A DNA stretch of 64,000 nt, taken from positions 1 to 64,000 of IMG/VR virus record IMGVR_UViG_3300025759_000063. One strand, written 5' to 3'. A model generated the notes under the pieces. The model searched no databases. It had not been told where the DNA came from and saw only the letters and a program-made list of their open reading frames with translations. The position numbers and the translations under genes were made by a program. Positions within the stretch are counted from its first letter, which is position 1; each line of letters opens with the position of its first letter. This DNA is from a virus. Shown in pieces: positions 42,101 to 52,227 of this stretch.

Positions 42101-45100
42101 TCTTCAGAACCTATCGTTAATATGTCGTTTTCTCTAATATTTGGAAAACTTAAAGACCCATAAACAGAAAAATAAGTAGATAATCCAGTTATACTGGTAT
42201 TTCCAACTGCAGCATTTAAAATTAAATTATCCGTTCTTACTCCCACATTAAATGAATTTTGGATAATTGGATTATTTTTTGATAAGGATTCTATTTTAAA
42301 GAAATCTCCATTACTTAATAAATGTGGAGCGGTGGCAAATCCGACCAATCTATTTTCTATGTTTGTCTTATAAAACTCAATGTTCGGTAAGAATCTACTT
42401 TCGTTTGTGATAGATTCTATAGTTTTTCCTTTAATAGACTCTACTTTAGCCGCTACTCCATTACCAGAAGTAATTGTATTGTTGAAAGAAAGTCTTTCTC
42501 CAATTTTATATCCATCTCCAGGAGAAATTATTTTGACGTTTTCAACTCCACCCCTTATTATAGATAAAACCTCAGATTCTTGAGAATTTAAATCTTCATT
42601 ATTAAGCAGATAATTGTACCTTGAATTATCACTACCTATATTGAGAGCAAAAGTATTTCGTAAAACCTTAGTATTTTCAAATTCAAACTGCTCTTGATTT
42701 GAATTTGGGTCAAAATTAAAAAATGTTGGCTTTGATTTATAATAATTTCCAACGATATATGGAAACACTGGTTCCTTTCTCGCATCAAAAGATATTTCTG
42801 ATGAAAAATCTTCACTTATTGTCATAAAGTATGCATAAATTCCATTAGGATACTCTGGAGTTACACAATATCTTCCATTACTTTCATCCAAATCACCATT
42901 TCCCACAAATTCGTAATCTTCAACAAAATATCCTGTTGGATAAAAACGAAAGATTTCTCTATCTGCACCTTCTCGGATTCCGGTTAATTTATACCCACTA
43001 ACCATTCTCCTAACTTTTTTATTATTTGGAGAATCATATCCATATGGGCCATAAATTGGGTATCCATCATACGACCATCCTAAAATTGGAGAATGATACT
43101 TGTCTTCATTTATATCATTCTGAAAATCAGATCTGTAATTTGTTCCATTCGAAAATGTTTTACTTCTAAAAACAGAGTCTCTAAATTTATTTGGTGCATA
43201 TAAATGAGTATATTGTAATCCATAATTTTCCTTCAATCCCCTATAAACAACACTATCATCTTCTGATGATATTCTATTTGTTTTCAATAATCTAAAGAAT
43301 TCATTTATTGTAAATTGTTGTGGATATAATTTTAAAATACACCCTTGAGATTCATCTATAATGTCAATTATAGTTTCCTTAGTGTATCCCGTTCCGCCGG
43401 ATATTACCTTTATTTCTGATAATTTTTTATCCTTAATGATTGGGGTTAATATTGCACCAATTCCAAATCCGCGAACAACTACTTTTGGTGGAGCAGTATA
43501 TCCATTTCCTTTATTATTAATTAAAACTGACGTTATCTTTCCGTTCGATATAATTGGAACTGCCGTTGCTTTGGACGATATTTTTCCTAGAGAATAATTT
43601 GGTTGTTTAACATAATTTATTATCTCTGGAGATCCATATCTTGTTCCTCCTTCATATATAAAGGTGGATTTGATTTGACCTTGAAATATTGGTTGCAGTT
43701 TGGCATTTATATCCACTCTACTTAATGTAGATATCCCAACCTCTCCCTCAACAGTTACTGTAATGGGTTCATAATCAAAAGTATAGTTGCCGGAACCAAC
43801 ACTTTCTATATTTACATATTCCTTTGTATCATAATAAAAATATCTGTTAGTTACTCCAACGCCAAGTATTGATAACTTAAAGGAAGTTTCATCGACTGTT
43901 GTTACAATATATTTGCTTCCAGTTGTTAGTCCAACTACAGTAGAATCTCCCCCAAGATATTGTATTATATCTTTATCACTATAAGGAGATTTATTTGAAT
44001 TATTTACTTTTATTGTATTTGTGGAAGTAATAATTCCTGAAGATGGTACAGTGATTTTTGCTGTTTTATATCCTTCTCCGGAACTAAGTATTTCAATTGA
44101 ATTTATCTTTTGCTTTCTTATAGTCGATTCAAATCTATGATTGCCTATCCCATATCCCGTCAAATTTACTGGATTAGAAGAACTTAGTGAATCTTCTAAA
44201 TTTTTGTGTAAAGTAATTTTATTATCATCAATTACTTTCACATAATACTTTGCATCTGTAGATAATCCTCCAATTACTTGGTTATTATTTGTTCTGTATA
44301 TTATAGATTCTCCATCTCTAAACTTATGATATGTTGAAAATCCGAGAGTATTTGTAGAAAGGTTTATATTTTCATTTGTTGTAGATGAATTTATATCAAT
44401 AAAATAATCATAACTAATCATTTTTGCTTCTGCCGAAGCTCCACTTCCAGACCCTCCCTTAATAGTAATGATAGGTACATCTAGATAATCAAATCCACCA
44501 TCTATAACATCTATTCTCTTTAAAGATCCTTCTACAGAAACATATCCTTTAGCCTGATCTCCACTTTCTTTATCAATAACTAACTCTGGCGGATTTATAA
44601 TATCATAGTTGTTTCCTTGAGAAACAACCTCTGCTGTTCTTATAGGGCCATAATAAATGGAGTCTTTTGATTTGTAGTTGAGTATTTCAACGCCATTTAT
44701 AAGAATCCCGACAGTTCCTGGTTCAGTTTTATATTTTTTTTCGTCAATTTCTGGATTTTTTATGAGTCTTACTAATCTTTGTGTGTCTACTTCAGAAACT
44801 GTAAGGTTTTTATTTTTAGAAAACTTTTTAAGAGATAACGTACCTGCTGATTCGAATGTAGATTCTTGCGGGTCAAAATTTTCTACAGATAAGTAAGAAT
44901 CTTTTGCTAAGTCTGACCTACTTTTTGCCAACTTAATTGATTTATCATCAATTTTTTTGACGTAATATGAACCAGTTATAACTGTTAAACCAAGTCCAGA
45001 TTGATTGCTCGAATTTACGAAAAATGATACTTCATCTCCCGTCAAAAATCCATGATTTTCTCCAAAAGAAACAAGATTAATTAATTCTCCAGAATCTATT

Positions 45101-46839
45101 TTATTTTTTAAAATTACCTTTGATGTGTTTATTTCCTGTCTATTTGGATATGATGGTAGAGATGAAGATGTAATATATTCAATATTTTCATCAAAGTCTT
45201 TATATACATTTGATACATTTGAAATGTATTTTTTATCGTATTTTGAAAGTAATTTTTTGACAGAAAAAATATTTTTTATGTTTTTGTCAGTATTTGTTAT
45301 TGTAAAAGATCTTCCAGGAACATTTCCTGAAGTATATAATATACTTTCTCCGGATATGATATCAGTCTTTCTTTGATCATCTATTCCATCTACATAGTCA
45401 ATCTCTACAGAATCTCCTTTGTAAATTCCATTAAAATCAAAAGTTTCTACAAAATAATTTCCATTACCTTTTATTGAGAATGTTTTAACATTACATAGTA
45501 CCGAAGTATTGAAAAACCAATTGTTTTCTTGGTAATTTTTTCCAATATATCCAAGATTTGTGATACTTGCTTTATCACCTTTTTCATAGTAAAAATTTTC
45601 TCTGGAAAGTTCTACTTCAGATAAAACTCCAGTAATTCTAAATCTTATTTCATCACCATTGTCATCAAAAGCATAGGCATAGGTATTCAAAGAAATTTCC
45701 GATTCGTTGGGAATAGTCTGAGTTATTCCTGAACAACCTAAAAATTCATTAATTGTTTTTGATTTGTAATTAATTACTAAATCAGTTCCATTTAAATTTA
45801 CAGTCAATTGGCCACTTTTTGGAAATCCTATTGTAGAATCGACACAAATAGTATCCGAAGATATTGATACATCATCTATTATTTTTGTTTTTGGATTTAC
45901 CTGTAAATTTCCAAAAATAGAACCTGAAACAATAACATCTTTATCAAAATCAAAATCAACACTTAATGTATAATATATTTTTCCTTTTCTAATTATTTTT
46001 TGTACGTTGCTTACTGTACCAAAAGATTTTGTGATATTTGCAAATTGATTTTGAAATATGGTTCTATTTCTAAGGTCTTCAATATTTCCTTGTACTCCCT
46101 CAGCAACAAAATTTCTTGATACTCTATAATTTGCTGATGATGGTTGAATTAGATTATTTTTTGGTAAAATAACTTCAACATCTTTTCCATAAAGAATTCT
46201 GAATAATATTTCAAAAGATCTTTCTGTTCCTTTTGATGAATAAAAATCCTTAGACTGCTTAAGAACTATATTTTTATTTACTTCAGAAAATAATTCTCTA
46301 CCTTCAAATCCAAAAAGATATTGACTTTTTGTTTTCTTAAAAAACTCTTTTAAAAATAGTGAGCCAATGTTTTTAACTCTATTTGGATTTTCTCCAGTAA
46401 TATCAAGTTGGGAATGAAAATCTGCCAAACTATCAGAAAAAGTTAAGTCTTCAGTATCATTTTCTGAGTATCCTATAACTGAACTAAATCCCCTTGAACA
46501 ATTTAAAAATTGAGTTTCTGTTTTTGACTTATATAAAATTAATTCATTATCAATGCTAACAATACCATAAGTATTTGGAAATCCTTTTGTAGTTTCTACA
46601 TTGATAATATCATCAAATATTTGTACATCTTGTGTGAGATTAGTAGTTTCTGTAAAATTTATTAAGTTATTAGCATCAACATATTGGTCTATATTTTGTA
46701 AGATATCGTATGCAGAACCTTTTGATTCTAGTGATTTGTAATATTCTCTTAAAAGTTCGCCTACAAGAGGATAATCTTCTCTAACAAAAGAAGGTAATTG
46801 AGATTCTACAATAGAACTGATTTTTACTCTGCTTTCCAT
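39118..46839 (-). CDS. gp7: Baseplate wedge initiator (gp7-like) with YHYH-like segment
   Basis: FYSSKGT..SF..LF, HSPILGWSYDGYPIYGPYGY, DLDESNGRYCVTPEYPNG, DSDYYQLFSY; follows gp6. Confidence 0.8.
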   Translation of the reverse strand: MESRVKISSIVESQLPSFVREDYPLVGELLREYYKSLESKGSAYDILQNIDQYVDANNLINFTETTNLTQDVQIFDDIINVETTKGFPNTYGIVSIDNELILYKSKTETQFLNCSRGFSSVIGYSENDTEDLTFSDSLADFHSQLDITGENPNRVKNIGSLFLKEFFKKTKSQYLFGFEGRELFSEVNKNIVLKQSKDFYSSKGTERSFEILFRILYGKDVEVILPKNNLIQPSSANYRVSRNFVAEGVQGNIEDLRNRTIFQNQFANITKSFGTVSNVQKIIRKGKIYYTLSVDFDFDKDVIVSGSIFGNLQVNPKTKIIDDVSISSDTICVDSTIGFPKSGQLTVNLNGTDLVINYKSKTINEFLGCSGITQTIPNESEISLNTYAYAFDDNGDEIRFRITGVLSEVELSRENFYYEKGDKASITNLGYIGKNYQENNWFFNTSVLCNVKTFSIKGNGNYFVETFDFNGIYKGDSVEIDYVDGIDDQRKTDIISGESILYTSGNVPGRSFTITNTDKNIKNIFSVKKLLSKYDKKYISNVSNVYKDFDENIEYITSSSLPSYPNRQEINTSKVILKNKIDSGELINLVSFGENHGFLTGDEVSFFVNSSNQSGLGLTVITGSYYVKKIDDKSIKLAKSRSDLAKDSYLSVENFDPQESTFESAGTLSLKKFSKNKNLTVSEVDTQRLVRLIKNPEIDEKKYKTEPGTVGILINGVEILNYKSKDSIYYGPIRTAEVVSQGNNYDIINPPELVIDKESGDQAKGYVSVEGSLKRIDVIDGGFDYLDVPIITIKGGSGSGASAEAKMISYDYFIDINSSTTNENINLSTNTLGFSTYHKFRDGESIIYRTNNNQVIGGLSTDAKYYVKVIDDNKITLHKNLEDSLSSSNPVNLTGYGIGNHRFESTIRKQKINSIEILSSGEGYKTAKITVPSSGIITSTNTIKVNNSNKSPYSDKDIIQYLGGDSTVVGLTTGSKYIVTTVDETSFKLSILGVGVTNRYFYYDTKEYVNIESVGSGNYTFDYEPITVTVEGEVGISTLSRVDINAKLQPIFQGQIKSTFIYEGGTRYGSPEIINYVKQPNYSLGKISSKATAVPIISNGKITSVLINNKGNGYTAPPKVVVRGFGIGAILTPIIKDKKLSEIKVISGGTGYTKETIIDIIDESQGCILKLYPQQFTINEFFRLLKTNRISSEDDSVVYRGLKENYGLQYTHLYAPNKFRDSVFRSKTFSNGTNYRSDFQNDINEDKYHSPILGWSYDGYPIYGPYGYDSPNNKKVRRMVSGYKLTGIREGADREIFRFYPTGYFVEDYEFVGNGDLDESNGRYCVTPEYPNGIYAYFMTISEDFSSEISFDARKEPVFPYIVGNYYKSKPTFFNFDPNSNQEQFEFENTKVLRNTFALNIGSDNSRYNYLLNNEDLNSQESEVLSIIRGGVENVKIISPGDGYKIGERLSFNNTITSGNGVAAKVESIKGKTIESITNESRFLPNIEFYKTNIENRLVGFATAPHLLSNGDFFKIESLSKNNPIIQNSFNVGVRTDNLILNAAVGNTSITGLSTYFSVYGSLSFPNIRENDILTIGSEDVKVLSIDKESSRIKVLREQNSTTSSAHQAYSVLNENQRKFFINLDKKLDSFNYKINRELYFNPIESLGIGTVGIGSTVIFSNPGVGQTSIQIPLKSIYLKDHKLETGDKLIYNANSGIGISVSNIFNTFTLNDGITVYVARLSNDLIGISTNKVALGTEGEFVGIETSTSLLYFNGVGTGDYHSFTTNYDNVLTGALSVNKITVSTASSFGLRGGDEIFLNVKEKDSVNIAVKYNDYHRRLIINPQDFSNSDVDTTKNTIRIVNHNFDSGQKIIYNSSNTIGGLEDNQIYYVIVFDKDHIRLSATYYNSTSLDIVPINLTSQFSGTISPINPKINLNRNQSVIFDLSDSSLSQPFGVGRTSSFDFKIYKNKFFNDEYFPITTLGTSKITKNGSIGLSPATLSFTLDEDFPNNLYYNLKILDGNTNQIKNELFTDREVDNFNLIKLNSSGLNGKHIITGIQTNSFSFTGDFYVDKTFNSTNSASEYYTTSLNESGPINNIKINSSGKLYDKLPKINGVVSAAGTGAILIPQSKSIGKIQKTRILDIGANYSSDKTLKPLLKFPTILRVEPLTSIESIKISSVGNNYNTNPNLVLIDGFTNKQVEDIILDCDLENQKVTVIQNTKGIYNVSPKIIPINNSNGVGILEVEYDNATKIVTIKLDTQFSSIEDFPFSLNQKVLIEGVSIKENTDSSIITKGFNSINYNYSTFKLIEVVPSIGGSGASVKYSLEDYLDSSEIPGDFDLENSIGRIISEDDFPKFKINLKKNEFLVGETTISEGIVGEVQKYDSVNEYLTIKTKEKIPNNVSIFGRSSNSLALIKEVLEYETRYNIDSSSIIVQGWKDTIGFLNDNIQRIQDSDYYQLFSYSLKSEIEFKEWNSIVSNLNHTLGYKRFGDLIVEKTVTAEIDSNQNNGAVIATCDLTNITNIDAVYDYDLASENGVLIEENLTSDEITFNSVFLQDYAESIGNRVLLIDDISSQFSTSTTSKTTVTTFSI

Positions 46840-46842
46840 TTA

Positions 46843-48744
46843 TTAATTTCTGACTAAATTGCCATTTGAATAACTAGAGGTAACGATATAATTTGATCCA
46901 GAAGTATCTGAACCAGATTCAACATTATCTGGTAATACATTGACAAGTGTTCTATTAATATCTATCTGCAAATAAATGTCCTGCACTCCAAGAACATCAT
47001 TTGACTGTGGAATAGCAGATATCTCAATGATAGGAGTTCCACCGTCATTTTTTGCTGTAGAAATGATATTCAATGGATTTGTTACAATTTCTCCTGTCAA
47101 ATAATCAACAGTACCAATAGACCTTTTCACAATGACAGGAGTATTATCCGAATTTAAATAGAATAAGAACAAACTTCCAGACTTTTTATCTGGATTTGGA
47201 GAATCTCCAAAATAAACTATGTTTGATATTCCACTTACTTTAAATCCAGAAGATTTTATATTATATCCACTGACATTTTTGACATAAAATGCATTTCTAA
47301 AACAAATCTCATACTGGGCAAATTGATTCTGAGATACTTTTAAATCTCTTCTAATTTGAATTCTTGTAATATTTGAAGTAATAGCAGCATCAGTATTATC
47401 GACGAGTGTTTGATACTTACTATATTTAAATCTTGCACCATACTTATTCAACTCTTCAGAATCCGAATATGCATTTATATTGTCATATATTTTTGTTATT
47501 AGTGCATTTTGACTCAAAGTTGTATTTGAGTTGTAGTATGCGTTTGTTTCCAATTCAATATAAAGAAATTTAATATCTAATATTTCAGGTGATATGCCAG
47601 CAACTGTATATTTTTTAAGTCTTTGTTTGATATTATCTTTAATATTATTTGATATAAAAGATCCAAACTTTGGTTTTATTGAAATAAAAACCTTTCCAAA
47701 TTGTGGAGGATTTAAATCTTCTCCACCAAAAGCACTTACAGACTCTGCTTCGGAATAAATTCTAGAAACAATAGTCTCATAATCTGATGCAGTCACTGCT
47801 CTATTTTGTGCAGAATATAATCTCGGAGCAAAATTGCGAATAGAATTTACAGATTCAATTTCAGATCCAGAAGAAGAACTTAAATTTGTAGTAATTAATG
47901 AAATTTCTTCTGTAACTGGAGTTCCTTTATTGTCAAATAATGAACCAGTAAAATTAAAATTAGAAACTCCATTTGAACTTTCTCCAGAACTTATAATATA
48001 TGAAGCTTCGATGTAATTATTATTTTGAAGCTTAGACCCAAAAACTCCATCTCCAAATATTAATTCATATCTTTCATCTTCAATTTCTTGAAGAAAATAA
48101 ACTTTAGATGTTGAGGTGACATCTAAAATGCTTGAAGAATTTGTATATTTTCTAATACTTGTTGAAGATTCTGTATCCCTAACAGTTACTAAAAGAGATG
48201 TAGTATCAATTCCTCTATTTTCTAATATGAATCTTTGATTTAAATTATTTGCGTCTACTGTAAAGTTAGTTTTAAAAACAGTTCCTTCTATAACTTCAAT
48301 TGAATCAAAAACTGCAGTTCCATCTATTACTGGTACAGTAATATTATCTAAAATTGAAAATGTAAATACCAAATCTCCAAAATTTTCACTTCTACAAACA
48401 TTTCCACTTTTTAATGTCACAAATTTTATAGTAGGATTGCTAATTGCTACTGAGAATGTAATGTTTGCTTTTGAGGATCTTCTTGACCTAGGAACATATC
48501 CAATATTTCTTGCAAGAGAAACTATATTTTCCCTTAAAGTCGCACTATCAATAAAAACCTCATTACTTACCATATTAGCATTGTAAGAGGCAATATATGT
48601 ATTATATGCTAACGTATCAATAATAATTGATAGATTTGAACCTTCAAAATCATAGTCAGTAAAATTTGAATTCGATTTTAGATAATCTCGAATTGATGTT
48701 TTTATTTGATCGAAATCTAAATTTGTAAAGTTAACTAATGACAT
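46843..48744 (-). CDS. gp6: Baseplate wedge subunit
   Basis: LDFDQIK, FTDYDFEGS, FIDSATLRENIVSLA, QNRAVTASDY. Confidence 0.95.
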   Translation of the reverse strand: MSLVNFTNLDFDQIKTSIRDYLKSNSNFTDYDFEGSNLSIIIDTLAYNTYIASYNANMVSNEVFIDSATLRENIVSLARNIGYVPRSRRSSKANITFSVAISNPTIKFVTLKSGNVCRSENFGDLVFTFSILDNITVPVIDGTAVFDSIEVIEGTVFKTNFTVDANNLNQRFILENRGIDTTSLLVTVRDTESSTSIRKYTNSSSILDVTSTSKVYFLQEIEDERYELIFGDGVFGSKLQNNNYIEASYIISSGESSNGVSNFNFTGSLFDNKGTPVTEEISLITTNLSSSSGSEIESVNSIRNFAPRLYSAQNRAVTASDYETIVSRIYSEAESVSAFGGEDLNPPQFGKVFISIKPKFGSFISNNIKDNIKQRLKKYTVAGISPEILDIKFLYIELETNAYYNSNTTLSQNALITKIYDNINAYSDSEELNKYGARFKYSKYQTLVDNTDAAITSNITRIQIRRDLKVSQNQFAQYEICFRNAFYVKNVSGYNIKSSGFKVSGISNIVYFGDSPNPDKKSGSLFLFYLNSDNTPVIVKRSIGTVDYLTGEIVTNPLNIISTAKNDGGTPIIEISAIPQSNDVLGVQDIYLQIDINRTLVNVLPDNVESGSDTSGSNYIVTSSYSNGNLVRN

Positions 48745-49151
48745 TATCGTACTGACTGTAGTGCAAAAGTAAGTTGTTGTGGTAACGCATCTATTCCAAT
48801 AATATAATATCTAATAGTTACATTTAATTCATTTGCATCAATTTCTGAGGAGTTTATATCAACATTTATTAATTTTACTCTTGGTTCATAATTATTAATT
48901 GTATTGGTAATTTCATCACGTAGTTCTAATTCAGTTATACTGCTAAGATTTTCAAAAAGACTTTTTGATAGATTAGAACCAAGATTTTGATTAAAAAATC
49001 TTTCTCCACGTAAAGTCAATACTAGATTACGAATAGAGCGAGCAATAGATGTCTCGTTTCTAATATCAATGATATCAAATGTTATTGGATTCACCTGAAA
49101 AGTCAGACTAATATCTTTAAATTGTTTACTGACTCGCTCTACTGGCATCAA
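48744..49151 (-). CDS. gp25: Baseplate wedge subunit
   Basis: FKDISL, SIRNLVLT..GERFF, NYEPRV. Confidence 0.92.
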   Translation of the reverse strand: MMPVERVSKQFKDISLTFQVNPITFDIIDIRNETSIARSIRNLVLTLRGERFFNQNLGSNLSKSLFENLSSITELELRDEITNTINNYEPRVKLINVDINSSEIDANELNVTIRYYIIGIDALPQQLTFALQSVR

Positions 49152-49175
49152 TAGACTCTAATTCTATCTTATTTA

Positions 49176-49427
49176 TCACCCAAAAATAGGTTCTGTACCG
49201 TATTCCCAGTCATCATAATCATTATCATTGCGAATTTTTTCATGAATTTCTTTCTGAACAGCAAAATCATGCTTTTTTGGTGTCATATTGTCATTATTAA
49301 TCTCACGAAGCATTTGTTTTTTTAAATCTCCAGGTGTTTTGCTCCAATAATCTGCAATTAATCCACTTGTACCCCACATTTCTCTCATATAACTTGAATC
49401 GCGGTCTGGATTGGGGTGAATTGCCAT
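49176..49427 (-). CDS. Hypothetical protein
   Basis: 83-aa ORF with GGAG RBS and upstream AATAAATA (49488-49495). Confidence 0.7.
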   Translation of the reverse strand: MAIHPNPDRDSSYMREMWGTSGLIADYWSKTPGDLKKQMLREINNDNMTPKKHDFAVQKEIHEKIRNDNDYDDWEYGTEPIFG

Positions 49428-49486
49428 CTGTTTTCTCCTTTTATAGGTTGAACAGAACTTTTTAAGGGGTTGCTATCCCTTATTTT

Positions 49487-50143
49487 TTATTTATTTTCAC
49501 GCTCTTGTGCTGTCTTCCAATGATATTCGTCTTCATTACCCATTCCAAGGCGCTCATAACTATTTTCAACTTGGTAATATTGTGTTGAAACCTTAAAATC
49601 AGGTATTTTTGGTTCTGTAGGTGTCAGACTGTTGTCAAAAATACGCAATCTGTTGTTTGGATAGAGTGCAAATTGACCATTATTCAGTTCAATGAGGTTA
49701 TGAGATTTGTGTTCAGCAGGATTTTCACTCGTAGCCCAATCAACATAGTCTGGATCATGATGATAATTATCGATTGTGCAAATATAAGTACCTTTTTGAA
49801 TGCCATAATCGCGAGTATAGCATTCAAAATCCATACTTCCAATAAATTTTTTATCAATACTCACTACACCATAATCCATACAATTCCAAAATTGTAAATT
49901 TGGTAGGTTTAAGTCTGGATCTGGAGTTTCTGGACGAGACAAAAAGGCACTAATTGGCAATTTGTCATACATTGCGGCATATTCTGGTAAATATGTCTCA
50001 AAATAAAAAGCGCGTCCAGGAATCGACTTTGCCGAAACCCAAACGCCCTTTACAAATTCACCGTGCCCACTCTGATGGTCTGTAAGATATTCTTTACGAA
50101 CCCATATTTCTTTTGATGGGAGGTTAGTGATAAGACAACTCAT
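49487..50143 (-). CDS. Conserved phage hypothetical protein
   Basis: 218-aa ORF with LPISAF, LQFWNC, EHKSHN, PNNR. Confidence 0.8.
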   Translation of the reverse strand: MSCLITNLPSKEIWVRKEYLTDHQSGHGEFVKGVWVSAKSIPGRAFYFETYLPEYAAMYDKLPISAFLSRPETPDPDLNLPNLQFWNCMDYGVVSIDKKFIGSMDFECYTRDYGIQKGTYICTIDNYHHDPDYVDWATSENPAEHKSHNLIELNNGQFALYPNNRLRIFDNSLTPTEPKIPDFKVSTQYYQVENSYERLGMGNEDEYHWKTAQERENK

Positions 50144-50165
50144 TTTTTTTTAATGAATGTTTTAT

Positions 50166-50300
50166 TTAACCCCTACCCTGTCCGCGATACTTTTTCCTCT
50201 TTCCATTACGAGATGTTGCTGAAAGCAATGTGCGAGAAGAACGTCCTTGGCGAGTCTTTTTAGGTGCTCCTGGAACAAATGTAGTCTTATTATAAGCCAT
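50166..50300 (-). CDS. Small highly basic protein (44 aa)
   Basis: Manual translation MAYNKTTFVPGAPKKTRQGRSSRTLLSATSRNGKRKKYRGQGRG; AGGAG upstream. Confidence 0.7.
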   Translation of the reverse strand: MAYNKTTFVPGAPKKTRQGRSSRTLLSATSRNGKRKKYRGQGRG

Positions 50301-50316
50301 AAATTAAAATCTCCTA

Positions 50317-51093
50317 TCAAATTACACGAGTCTTTTCATGCCCAACACGAATTCGAGGATCGCACCAAATCTCAAATCCTTCTTCCTTTGCATCAAGACA
50401 GAATGAAACATCCTCTCCACACATATCTTGAACTGCACCAGATTCAAAGACTTGCATCTTAGGTGCAAACCATGGATACTCAAGATTCTCAAATACCCCG
50501 TTCTTAATTAATACCCAACCAAATCCTGTATAATCAACAGTAAATGGTTTACGACGCTTTGAAATACTCTCTACTGTTTCATGATTCATTACTCCACCAT
50601 TGTTACGGAAATCTTCTTCCTCCAACCAATGTGCGACAGATGTTGTGCGTCCATCTTCTGTGGCATACCATCCAGCAGTAATTTCATGCTCTGTTCCATC
50701 CTCAGAAAGTGCAAGATCGCACAATTGCCAGAACTTGTTAGTGTCAAAGACAATATCCGAGTCAATCCAAAGTTGATAATCATATTTCAACTTTCCATCC
50801 CATGGTACTTGCTTTGGACCTCTCAATACATTTGCTCCAAGACACTTGCAACGAGCAAAATTAACCATCGATGAATAATCTTGACTAATCTGAATACTCA
50901 TTCCATTCTGTACCATGTCAAAACATAATTGTACAAATGCTTTCAGAAAAATAAATGAACATCCACGACCAGGAAGACAGAATACAATTGACTTGCCTCG
51001 CATCCGCTCCTTGATTGCTGTATAATCCCACTCCTCTCCTTCTGGTTTACTGGTAGTGGGTGCTTTTGCTTTTACTGTAAATCCTTTTGCCAT
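50317..51093 (-). CDS. GT-A fold glycosyltransferase-like protein
   Basis: WIDSDIVF (DxD), GEDVSFC, VGHEK motifs. Confidence 0.75.
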   Translation of the reverse strand: MAKGFTVKAKAPTTSKPEGEEWDYTAIKERMRGKSIVFCLPGRGCSFIFLKAFVQLCFDMVQNGMSIQISQDYSSMVNFARCKCLGANVLRGPKQVPWDGKLKYDYQLWIDSDIVFDTNKFWQLCDLALSEDGTEHEITAGWYATEDGRTTSVAHWLEEEDFRNNGGVMNHETVESISKRRKPFTVDYTGFGWVLIKNGVFENLEYPWFAPKMQVFESGAVQDMCGEDVSFCLDAKEEGFEIWCDPRIRVGHEKTRVI

Positions 51094-51141
51094 AATTGAA
51101 ATTAACTTTCAGTTCAATTTTACTCCCTATTTAGGGTCTTG

Positions 51142-51378
51142 TCAATGTGACGAATTTAATTCTGCCATACGATTGACTGTGAGTTCCTCATATGATAGGT
51201 CATCTACACAATACTCAGTCTTGAGTAGGCCTACCATATTATTCAGTGTCTTCCATGTAACACTGAACTCATCCTCACTGATAGAATGAAATATACACCT
51301 ATCCTTTGCATATATGTGATATACCTTGACTTGCTGGTTCATAAAAAATACCTGAAAATTTTTTTCTTTCAGTCTCAT
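51142..51378 (-). CDS. Hypothetical protein
   Basis: 78-aa ORF with ATGA overlap to the upstream gene; true start may be 51342. Confidence 0.65.
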   Translation of the reverse strand: MRLKEKNFQVFFMNQQVKVYHIYAKDRCIFHSISEDEFSVTWKTLNNMVGLLKTEYCVDDLSYEELTVNRMAELNSSH

Positions 51379-51560
51379 TTCGATACTGCATTATATATCA
51401 CAATAATACAAAGTCCCAGTGCCGTAAACAAAGGAAATCGAAATACCTCGAAGAATCTCCCCGGATACCTTATTAACCACCCCGCAAAGATTACCTTCCA
51501 GAAATTCCAATACGGTCGGGGTTTTCTCATGTTTTTTTTCTCCGCGAAATTTTTTTTCAT
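51375..51560 (-). CDS. Small membrane protein
   Basis: PYWNFWKVIFAGWLIRYP plus a hydrophobic C-terminus. Confidence 0.6.
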   Translation of the reverse strand: MKKNFAEKKNMRKPRPYWNFWKVIFAGWLIRYPGRFFEVFRFPLFTALGLCIIVIYNAVSK

Positions 51561-51725
51561 TCTTTATATCTCTCTCGCGTTTTGTCACCTCTGTAGGTTA
51601 GGGTAGTGAGGGGTTTTTATAACGGCAGGGCGCCGCGGCGGTATAAACGACCCGGCATAATAACTGCCGAATACGCATACGAATAAGACTGCCCTAAGTA
51701 TCAACGAAGGGCAGTACAGTAAGCA

Positions 51726-51977
51726 TCAGTAATCGAACACGTCTGTGTCTAGTTCGATAGCGTTCACTGCGGGGTCAGCATACCTTACCCCATCAGGAGT
51801 TGCTACAGTGTTTAACTCTTTGAGTACACTCAGAAAATCCTCATAAGAATCGCATTTCTGAGCGAGATTATAAAGAAACTCATCATTCTGTATCCAGAGA
51901 GAAACATTCCAGGTTTCGTAGTTAGTCCAACCGTTGTAGGTGGTATCTGTGAGATTAGTTTGGAAAGTAGCAGTCAT
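51726..51977 (-). CDS. Hypothetical early protein
   Basis: YNGWTNYETWNVSLW motif; follows repeat copy 1. Confidence 0.75.
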   Translation of the reverse strand: MTATFQTNLTDTTYNGWTNYETWNVSLWIQNDEFLYNLAQKCDSYEDFLSVLKELNTVATPDGVRYADPAVNAIELDTDVFDY

Positions 51978-52021
51978 TTAGGAACGAATGAGAGGTTAAT
52001 TTAGTGGGGTTGTGCCCCTTA

Positions 52022-52050
52022 CACTACTAGAACACTTTAAGGGGCTCAGT
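52022..52050 (-). repeat. 29-bp module repeat, copy 1
   Basis: ACTGAGCCCCTTAAAGTGT-TCT-AGTAGTG. Confidence 0.95.
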
Positions 52051-52227
52051 AACTGTTACCACTTCGGGGAACGTCCAACGGAACTCATAAAGTAGCTGCT
52101 CATCACTAACACCTTCCAGATTTTCACGCATATAATCAGACAGTGCACATTCAAGGTCCGAAGGTGTCATTCCGTCGATAGTTGCCTCGACGAGAGCATC
52201 AATCAAAATTTGACGATTAGCAAGCAT
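52027..52227 (-). CDS. Hypothetical protein
   Basis: 66-aa ORF that reads into repeat copy 1 and stops inside it. Confidence 0.65.
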   Translation of the reverse strand: MLANRQILIDALVEATIDGMTPSDLECALSDYMRENLEGVSDEQLLYEFRWTFPEVVTVTEPLKVF

